From Chrysochromulina tobinii (Eukaryota): 45,189 nt of DNA. Positions 19,896-28,495 of this stretch are shown in pieces; positions within the stretch are counted from its first letter, which is position 1, and every line of letters begins with the position of its first letter. The notes beneath the pieces were generated by a model, which saw only the letters and a program-made list of their open reading frames with translations, was not told where the DNA came from and made no database searches. The DNA lies in NCBI GenBank assembly GCA_001275005.1, contig JWZX01002732.1, positions 1 to 45,189 of the forward strand. Direction: 5' to 3'. The translations under genes were made by a program, and so were the position numbers.

Positions 19896-22339
19896 CCGAA
19901 TCGAGCTCGCCTTCAGATCGGCGTGGACCGTTTCACACTCAAAGGAAAAGTTCGAACCCAATTTTCATTGTCGTGGGCTGGCTTGACGTGCATGCCCCTA
20001 GTGTGATCGACCCCTTCACCCCTTCACACAGCCCCAAAAGTCGACCTCTGACAGGAAAGCGCTCCGCCCGGGTTGCTCCGGCTGACGTGCCCGCCGACCC
20101 AGTCGCCGCCGCACGCGTAGCACGCGTGGACCGGCAGGCCAGGGACGCATACATCGCCAATAACAAAAGCCGGCTCGAGGCGGCTTTCAGCACCGCTCTC
20201 AACTTGTTGGCAGACGCGCGACCCGAAGACCCATTCACCTTTGTGGCGCTCCGGCTGTGCGAAACGGGGCTAGAGCACGGCGAACAGGCGCAGGCCGACC
20301 GCAACAATGCCCAATCCGAGCGTTCCGCGCAGGTGCCCGACCTTATCCTGCCGCTTCGAGAGAAGGCGGCCAAGGTGTTGGCCCCCATCAAGCAGTCGGC
20401 TGCCATTGACGATGGTGGCGACGACGCCCACGGCGATGATCACGCGGTTAAGCTACCCGAGGCGCTCCGTCACTTCTTGCCGCTGGCGAAGACCAAGGCC
20501 ATCGAGGTAGCGTGCGGCCCGCTGCACGAGCTCGAGCTGGCCGTGGCGCGCGACCCGGACTCCAAGGAGGCCGTCGACGCTCTGCGTGCGCACCTCGATG
20601 TGCTGATGAAGGTGACGGCCGCCGCGATCGCCGAGCGCACCGAGGACATGGACGAGAAGGCGGCGAAGGAGTTGATCAAGGCGTGCGAGACGGCGATCAC
20701 CGCGGGCAACAAGGACTTCCTGGGCGTGTACCAGAATGTGTTCAACGTGATCTTGAGCGGCGACGCGGACGGCATGGCCAAGTACGATGAGGCAGTCGTG
20801 GTGCTCGACGCCGCGATCAAGAAGCCCGCCGTCGCCGAGCAACGCGACGAGGCGGGCGACGCAGCCGTGCTCTTTGCCGATGCGGCGCGTATGAAGCCGT
20901 CGTTCGATGATGTGGTGCGCGAGGTGGCGTCCGCGACGGGGGCGGGGCTCGAGCTCGCGGTGCTGAGCACCAAGGAGGACGCCACTCGCGCGTCCGACGG
21001 TGGGGCCGGTCAGGGGGGAGCGCGCAAGGCCAGGACGGGCCTCAAGAAGACGAGCCGTGTGATCGAGAAGAGCGCGCTCCGGCCGGGCGAGGGGCGCGGC
21101 CTGAGCAAGTGTGTGTGCGACGTGGTGCGCGCGATGCTCGTGGCGACCAGCATGTCGATGGTCGCGTCGATCGTGAGGGCGCTTTGGGCGCTGCACGAGG
21201 CGGATATGATTCAAGTCGTGCGCATCAAGAACCGCTTTCGGCAACCGTCGGCTGGCGGCTGGCGCGATCTGATGGTGAACTTTGTGATCGTCGGCGACGC
21301 GACGCGGCACGTGTGCGAGGTGCAGGTGGTGCACCAGATGATGCTGACCGCGCGCAAGGGGCTCCCCGGCCACGCCATCTATGGCATCGTACGCAATGCG
21401 ATGGAGCTCATCGAATCGTGCGGGCGTGAGCACGAGCTGCGCCGGGAGGCGGTGCGGGTCATGGTGGAGGAGGGGAAGACAGACGCCGAGCTCATCGGGG
21501 CGTTTGAGGACGCGTGGGTCCTGGCGGATCCCGAGTGGGCGGAGGGGGTGAAAGGCGGCCGTGATGCCCTGGTCAGGAAGGCCATCAAGGTGGACAGGGA
21601 GGAGGGCCGCCTGAACGGTCTGGTCCTGTCGAAGATTTGGATGAAGGAAGCGCTGCCGGCATCTGTGTTGAGGCTAACGGCGCTGCGAGAGCTCCACTTG
21701 GAAGACTGCACGTTGCTCAACCTCAGTCTTTTTGGTGAGGCTCTCAAGGCCCACCACTCGTTGACGAAGGTTTACCTGGATGGAATCGCTCTCCCTGTGA
21801 AACTGCTCAGAGGCACTGATCCCGTGGAGACGCTCGACTTATCTGGCAAGCAGCTTCGTAGTGAACATGCGGTAGTGATCGCCTGCCTGATCGGTGTCAA
21901 CGGCGCGTTGACGGTGACCAACCTCCTTGGCAATCGGCTTGACGCGGAGTCTGCCAAGATGCTCGCTGACGTCGCCAAGCAGAAGGGTATCTCGCTCTGC
22001 GGCATCCGGCGCGATCAGATCAAAACTGACTACTCCTGGAAAAAACTCAAGCCGCCCGATGCTATCCTGCTGGCGTCGGACCTGTCACAGGCCGTTGTCA
22101 CAGGCGCGCTGACGAGCATCAACCTCTCCTACAACCAGCTCTGCGGCATCTGGACTGACGATTATGGCGACGAACAAGGCACCTACACCGCAAAGGGCAT
22201 CACTGCAATCGCCCACGCCATGCGCGTCAATGGCGCCTTGACCAAGTGCGACCTCAGGGGAAACGATATGGGCGAGGAAGGGAACGCCTCGATTCGTGAC
22301 GCAGTGCAAGGAAAGACTGGTTTTATGCTGCATCTGTGA
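19796..22339 (+). CDS. Multidomain protein: Dpy-30/RIIa-like docking helices + divergent RelA/SpoT-type nucleotidyltransferase + C-terminal RI/NLRC3-like LRRs; true start uncertain
   Basis: AFSTALNLLADARPEDPFTFVALRL (docking/dimerisation motif). GLKKTSRVIEK...DVVRA...RIKNRF...GGWRDLMVN...HVCEVQV...GHAIY follows RSH synthetase motif order. LRRs: LTALRELHLEDC, LDLSGKQL, TNLLGNRL, LTSINLSYNQL, LTKCDLRGNDMG. Confidence 0.8.
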   Translation: MALYTDYKLAFGIPARYTAEVARSMTTRARVDASESSSPSDRRGPFHTQRKSSNPIFIVVGWLDVHAPSVIDPFTPSHSPKSRPLTGKRSARVAPADVPADPVAAARVARVDRQARDAYIANNKSRLEAAFSTALNLLADARPEDPFTFVALRLCETGLEHGEQAQADRNNAQSERSAQVPDLILPLREKAAKVLAPIKQSAAIDDGGDDAHGDDHAVKLPEALRHFLPLAKTKAIEVACGPLHELELAVARDPDSKEAVDALRAHLDVLMKVTAAAIAERTEDMDEKAAKELIKACETAITAGNKDFLGVYQNVFNVILSGDADGMAKYDEAVVVLDAAIKKPAVAEQRDEAGDAAVLFADAARMKPSFDDVVREVASATGAGLELAVLSTKEDATRASDGGAGQGGARKARTGLKKTSRVIEKSALRPGEGRGLSKCVCDVVRAMLVATSMSMVASIVRALWALHEADMIQVVRIKNRFRQPSAGGWRDLMVNFVIVGDATRHVCEVQVVHQMMLTARKGLPGHAIYGIVRNAMELIESCGREHELRREAVRVMVEEGKTDAELIGAFEDAWVLADPEWAEGVKGGRDALVRKAIKVDREEGRLNGLVLSKIWMKEALPASVLRLTALRELHLEDCTLLNLSLFGEALKAHHSLTKVYLDGIALPVKLLRGTDPVETLDLSGKQLRSEHAVVIACLIGVNGALTVTNLLGNRLDAESAKMLADVAKQKGISLCGIRRDQIKTDYSWKKLKPPDAILLASDLSQAVVTGALTSINLSYNQLCGIWTDDYGDEQGTYTAKGITAIAHAMRVNGALTKCDLRGNDMGEEGNASIRDAVQGKTGFMLHL

Positions 22340-22862
22340 GATGCGTGTGCGAGCGTCGTATGAACTTTGGGAAGTGGGAGCGTACATAACTAGTTGAAAA
22401 ATGGCATGCGTTGGGGTTTATTCACACTTTCTCCTTAGTCAATCAATGTAACTCACCAACGTAACACACTAGTGTGCTGGTTGACGCTGCGGCTGCGACT
22501 AGCGTCCTAAATGGTCGCAAGAATCCATGCACGTACAGGAAGTGCTCGCCGAGTGGTTCTCGCTTGCGGGTGAAGGCTATCGCGCGCGTTTGAGGCGAAT
22601 ATGACTCGGAGGCCTCCTTTATACCTTTATACCGTGTCTCACATTTATGGCCGGCGGGACGCGGGCGCGCGCAGCTCGCTGGGAGCAAGAGTTCTTGCAA
22701 CGAGCGCGGAGCGCCTGTGACGGATGAGTGCCCAAGTCTGTTAGCTCGAGGTGGAGTGTAACGTGTAAGTGTGGTGTGTGGGGACACGCAAAACTCACGC
22801 ATAAAATCCAATACCCGACCGACCACCCGCACCTCGTTCTCATCTTTGTTCTCACCACTCAC

Positions 22863-25800
22863 TCAAGCGGTGCCGCCACCACTCCCCGCGCTGAAACCGG
22901 GTGTGCCTTGGTTGACGCTCGATGTCCCTTGCATACCACCAATGCCTGGCGCTCGCCAGATGCCGGCCATGCCGGCCATGCCAGCGGCCGCCATGCCCAC
23001 CGCTGGCGTCCCCATCATCCCCATCATCCCCGGCATGGGTACAACCATCATTCCGTGCATACCCATTCCCATCGGGGGAGCGCCCCTCCCCACCATCCCC
23101 ATCGGACCGACCATGCTTGGGCGTGGCTGTTGCGGCATCTGCATGCCCATCATCCCTGACGGCAAGCTTTGAGCAGCCGCCATGCCCAGCTTTTGCTGCA
23201 GCATGTGCAGATTGATGCCAATGCTGCCACCGCTGCTGCCTCCCGCGCCGCCGCTGGCACCATCCGAGCCGCGTGATCCTGGCTGCATGTGTGGAGGGCG
23301 CCCTATTTCGCCACCCGGAGCGTCCATCCCGTGAGCTACTCCTTCGGGAAAACCGCCCGCGTCCGGCCCTCCCTTGACGTCTACCGACGCGGTCTTGCGC
23401 ACGACGGGCGCAGACTGGTAGTCGTCAACGTGCTTCGAAGGCGCGCGAGACGAATTTTGGAAGCGTTTGGCTCCAGGCTGACTATACTCGTCGACGTGCT
23501 TTGAGGCCGGCCTCGAGGTGTTCGCTTTTCCACGGGGCGCAGGGTTATCCTCACGCACGCGACCGCGCCCGCCGCGCACCGGGGGTGGGGCGTCACCTCG
23601 GCCGTCGAGCTCGAGGGGTCTTTTGTTGTGCCCGATCTCGCCGTCATCGTCCTCGACAGGGCGCGCGTACTCTAGCTCTGTGAGAACGAGCCCGCTATTA
23701 AAGAGCGGTCCGTGCGTGAGCAGCGCACTGATGTCATCGGTGGCGTCAGAATCATGAGGCCGCCACGCTGAAGGCCATACTGCCACACGGCCAGCTGCCC
23801 CTGCTTCTTCCAGCTTGAGCTCCCGCTCGGCCTCGGCCGGCGACAGCGCGAAGTCGCCCTCCATGGCGTGCAGCGCGGCGATTGGATCGGCTGCACTCAG
23901 CGCATGTCCAAGCTCACGCAGAGATGGCTGCACGCACGCGAGGAGAGACGTTGCCAAGCGCTGAAGCACGCGGCGCGCCTGCGCCGCGCAGCCAGAGGAT
24001 GCTTCGTCTGCAATACTAGCAGCGGCGACGGCAGCCGGGCCGAGCACGGAGAGTGGGGGAAGGTCGTCGGGAGCCCCGGAGTTCTTGAGATCGACGAGGT
24101 GACTCGCGAGCGAGAGCGCCGGGTCGCCCAACACGCCCAGAAAGACCAGTCCCGCACGGCGCACCGCGGGATCCCGAGGCACCAAAGCGGCTGTGAGGGC
24201 TGCGCCAAGCAGGGCTGGCTCCATGGCGAGGAGGACGGTGCGCCCACTCGGCTGCGACGCGAGGGATGCGAGGAGCAGAGCAACGCGGCCTAAGGCCAAC
24301 GACGGTTCGCCACGTGCAGACGGCGGCAGCTTGCACGTATCGTCCGCCATGCAGCGGCCCAGACTGGCTTGGAGCGTGAGCAGCGGTTGCACGAACATCT
24401 CCTTGGCGAGGACACAGGGAAGCACATCAACCAGACGTGTCAGACAGGCGGCAAGGCCTTCCACTGCCACCCGGCACGAGCAAACGGCGAGGCGCATCAC
24501 GAGCTTCTGCACATCGGCAGACGCCTCCGTAAGCACGACTCGCCAGCGATCGCGTCGAGCCTGCAGCGCTTGCAGCAATGCCTCTTCGAGGCCAGCAGCT
24601 ACCACAGGGACAGCGGCGAGAGGATCTCGAGCCGAGGACGCTTCGAGGGCAGTGACGTCCTCAGGCGCTGCGGGAGCGTTGGCAGTGGCGCCACAGCCGG
24701 TCGTGAGACGGGCCAATTCTGCCAAAGCAACGGATAGCGAACTGTGCCGGAGAGGCATCGCAGCCGGTGGCCGAAGCGCGAGCGCTGCGTCCGCAAGGCT
24801 CTCCGGCGCCATTGGGATTGGCGGCGGCAGCGAGCGAGCTAGCAAGGTGGCGACGCCAACGCTCGCGTGGATGTTTGGATCGGCGACCTTGGTAAGGAGG
24901 TAGTGCACCCGTGAGGGCCACTTGCCTTCCCAGAAGAGGGAAAGCACGTGCAGCAACCCGACATCCAATGCGCGTGCCGCCTTGGCAAGATTGCCTTCAG
25001 GGGGGCATGACGTTCCGTTCATCAAGGTGGGCTGCCTTTGCAGGTCCATGCTGAGTCGAACGAGCACCACCAGGAACGAAGAGTCGTGATGCTCAGGCAG
25101 GCCGCTCGCTGCAAGCTGCCACAAGATACCGTGCGCAAGACCAACGGCTGCCTCGAGTGCCCAGAGCAAGTCAGCCTCGAGCTGCGCGGGCGTCTTCATA
25201 GTAGCGTACTCTTCGAGACCCTCATGAAGCAGCGACCAGCCCGTGTCGAGGAACGCTCGTACCCAGTCTAAGCACTCGGCCTCGTGCAGGCTCAACGCCA
25301 CCTGTGGATGCACTGCTTGGGTGCGCAGCACCCGAACGCAAGCGCCCAAGGTATCAACGTGTGCCGCGAGGTTTTCGCGCATCTGCTCTCTCAGCTTCGC
25401 TCCGCCAGCGGCCATGGCTTTGACTGTGAAGTCGATGACTGCGTCCTCATCACACGGGTCAGCCTCCGTCTCGAAAGTCACGAGCCCGTGGCTATCCCCG
25501 GAGTGTAGAAGCGACGCCACGCTCCTCGCCAGGGCTATGGGGCCGTTGGCATTCATCGACAACAAGGGCTGCAGAAGCCGTTCGGCTGCAGTCAGCGTCA
25601 CAGTCAACGCCTCATCGCGCGAGCTGGCGGCCTGAAGGGCCTTAACCAGTGTGCCTACCCAGGGCCCGTGATAGCGGAGGGCTACGGCGCTGTAAGGCGA
25701 GGCGAGCACGTGCACAAGAAGCACGCTCGCATAACGAGTCGTCACACTGCCGAACTCGGTGGCGAGTCGTGCGGGCTGAAGGCACGCCGCCAGGAGGGCG

Positions 25801-28094
25801 AAGCCGGTGCTTGAGCTCAGGAGGCTTGCCACGGCGTCGCCCTCGCTGGCAAGGAGGCTGACGAGCGTGTGCAGGCAGCTCAGCCCACCGCTGAGCCAGC
25901 GCTCCATGGCTCCGACCGCCTCACAGGTCGATCGAACCTGCCGTCCGATGCGCACTGCCCACGTCGGCGCATTTGAATGCGGCAGCTCTGCCGCTGAAGC
26001 TGCTGACGTACCTTCATCGGCTAGCTGTACTTGGTGTTCGAGCTTGCGGGCGACGGCCTCGCTCACGATGACTTCGAGCGCTTCCGTGTCTTTCTCAGCA
26101 GCTGCCAAGAGCGCATCGCCATCAACATCGACTTTCGCTACCGTCGCAGAGATCGAGTCTCGCTGGGGCGTCGGAGCTGCGGCTGCCGGCGCCAGATGTA
26201 GCGGTTGCTCCAGAAGCTCAATGAGGGCGTTCACAACCTCGGGCTGTGCAGCTAGGCTGAGAGCTCCCTCGAGGCCGCCGAGAAGTACCTCGACAAGGTC
26301 CGCAACGGCCACAGCCATAGATGGCAGCATTGTACTCGTGCGCACAGCTGGTGCTGACAAGGCACAGAGAATTGCACGCCAGACGCCCGCGCCGCTCAAT
26401 AGCTTGGCTTGAGAAAACGACAACTCCGAGCTATCAAAGCCAGCCGTCGCCTCAAACGGCGCGGCCGTGAGAGCTGGTCGCGCTCGAGGATGCGAATTCG
26501 CAGAGTGGCACACAAGTGCACAGAGCTCGACACGTTGCTTGTCATGCACGTTGATCGAAGGCAGGAGCGCGTGCACCGCGTACGTCACGTGCAGTAGTGC
26601 GCGCAACACGGGCACACATACTGCGTCACCGACGTGCGGGGAGCAACCGCCCTCTTCATGTAACGCACCCTCACTCGCCTCGCAAAGCCCCTGAATAGCC
26701 TCCCATGCAGCCACAAGCCTCATGATCTGCTGAAGTGGCGCTACCAGAAGGGGCGGCAACGGCTTGAGCATCCAATCGAGTACGCGCTGATAGCAGCTGA
26801 AGAGGTCGTCCGTGTGGACCTCCGCCGAGGCCGCAGGTCTTGCAGCCCCGTTGGCCGAGCGCGATTTTTGTGAAGTGGTGAAGCGCGCCATGGCATGAGC
26901 GTGGTGTAAGAGCTCCGTGAGTGGCACGAGGATCTGAGCACGTAGAACTGCCGTGCAGTACCGGTCGAGCAGCTGCTCAGTGAGCTGCTCGACAGCGTGG
27001 CCGTCCACGAGGGCATGGCTCGCCGCTTCATCGGCCGCCAGGGTAGTGAGTAACTCGAGTGCAACGACCGTCTCGGCGAGCCCCGCGGAATGCGGCGCAT
27101 CCGCCGGCCCGAGGACGGATAACACGCTCACGGCAGTAGCGCCGAGCTCGGCGTCCATGAGGGCACCTGGCTGAGCCAGAGCCTGTGGCAGAAACGCTGC
27201 GAGGTCGTCGAGGACTGCCAGGCGCTCGCGCTCACTCGATGCCGACTGCAGTCGCTCTCGTAGTATCTGCCGAGCGTTGCAAAACGTTGCGACACGGGTT
27301 CAGGGAGTTGTTTGACACACGGTTACCGTCTACACATGCAGGGATTGCACGCGCCTGCAACTCTTGCGGCATAGCAGCAGGAAGCGCGTCGTTGGCGACT
27401 GAAGCGAAGAGAGGACACGCAGCGAGTCGGAGCAGCTCAACGGGCTTCGTGCAAGAATGAACGACCTGCACACATGCAGCACGGCCCGCATGTTGTCAGA
27501 TGTGGATCGAGCGGAGATGCCAAGTAAAGGCATACCGCCTCGGGCTCCGGGAGTACGGCTTCGTTGCGGCCCTCGAGATGATGGCACAGCCGGCGGAATA
27601 CTGGCAGACGCTCATAGTAGCTTAGTTCTGCAGGAGCCGGAACAGTGCCGTTTGCTTCAATGCCGTAAAGGCACAGCGACAGTGGTAGCGCGTTGGATCT
27701 GTGGCGAGCAGCGAACAGCGGTCAGGACCTAGTCACGACCATGCGGATGTTCGCCGCACAACAGCAAGCCTCACCTCACGACGAGGTAGTTGATCCTTGC
27801 ATTTGCAGCTGAGGGCACAAGCTCGTGTACCATCGAAGGGCCCACCTGGTGTCGGTGAGGCTCGGTCAGAAGCGAAGTACATAGCACAGCGCCGCTGCCA
27901 TGCTCGCATCCGAAGAGCTCGATTGTGACGATTTCTGGCGACGTCCGACCTTCGAAGCTGAGTTCCGTGTGCGGACGCTCGCCGTCACCCACAATCCGAA
28001 AGCCGTGCACGTGGACTGGATGTTTGAAGCGTATCTCGTGCACCTTCGATGCATTCGGCTGCAGGGTATCGGCGAACAAGAGCAGGTGACGCAT
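22863..28094 (-). CDS. VIRMA: Virilizer homologue (m6A methyltransferase complex scaffold); exons 28094-27775, 27698-27536, 27465-27355, 27266-22863
   Basis: VIR_N-like N-terminus LLLFADTL...HEIRFKHPVHVHGFRIV...FEGRTSP...YLVVR-SNALPLSLCLYG after splicing, followed by a long helical body. C-terminal NTSRPASKHVDEY and NSSRAPSKHVDDY match the virilizer SRPPSxHVDD motif. Ends in a Gly/Met/Pro-rich tail. Confidence 0.85.
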
Positions 28095-28495
28095 ATGTGC
28101 CAAACCGACGTCGGGAGCGAGGCACGTCGCGCAACCTCAATGCGCAACCTCAGCGTCGCAATCGGGGTGTTGCGACGAAAGCGGCCGTTTTCATAGGGAC
28201 TCTTCACAGTCGAGGTCCAGTCGAGGCCCCTCTAGAGAACGAAAAAACGCCAGAAACCTTTACTAGCAACGAGCGCCTGCCGTCAACGCAACGCAACTCA
28301 ACTCAAACGCTTCTCAAACGCGGCCAGAGGGCTTCAGCCAGCTGCCATCTGTGTTCGACCAGACTTGTTTCTAGACTGCTCGTCCATCGATGGACCCGAT
28401 TTGAGCACAAACCAGGCAGTCAGCGCTCCTGCGAAGAACCAAGGCCTTTTTATGACGCCGTCACGTCTCATCCGGCGTCGATCTGCGGTGGTCAC

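Noticed and set aside
20453..21433. 326-aa minus-strand ORF as a possible antitoxin or partner nested in the NTase gene
   Set aside because: His/Arg/Leu-rich composition typical of an antisense frame; no motifs.
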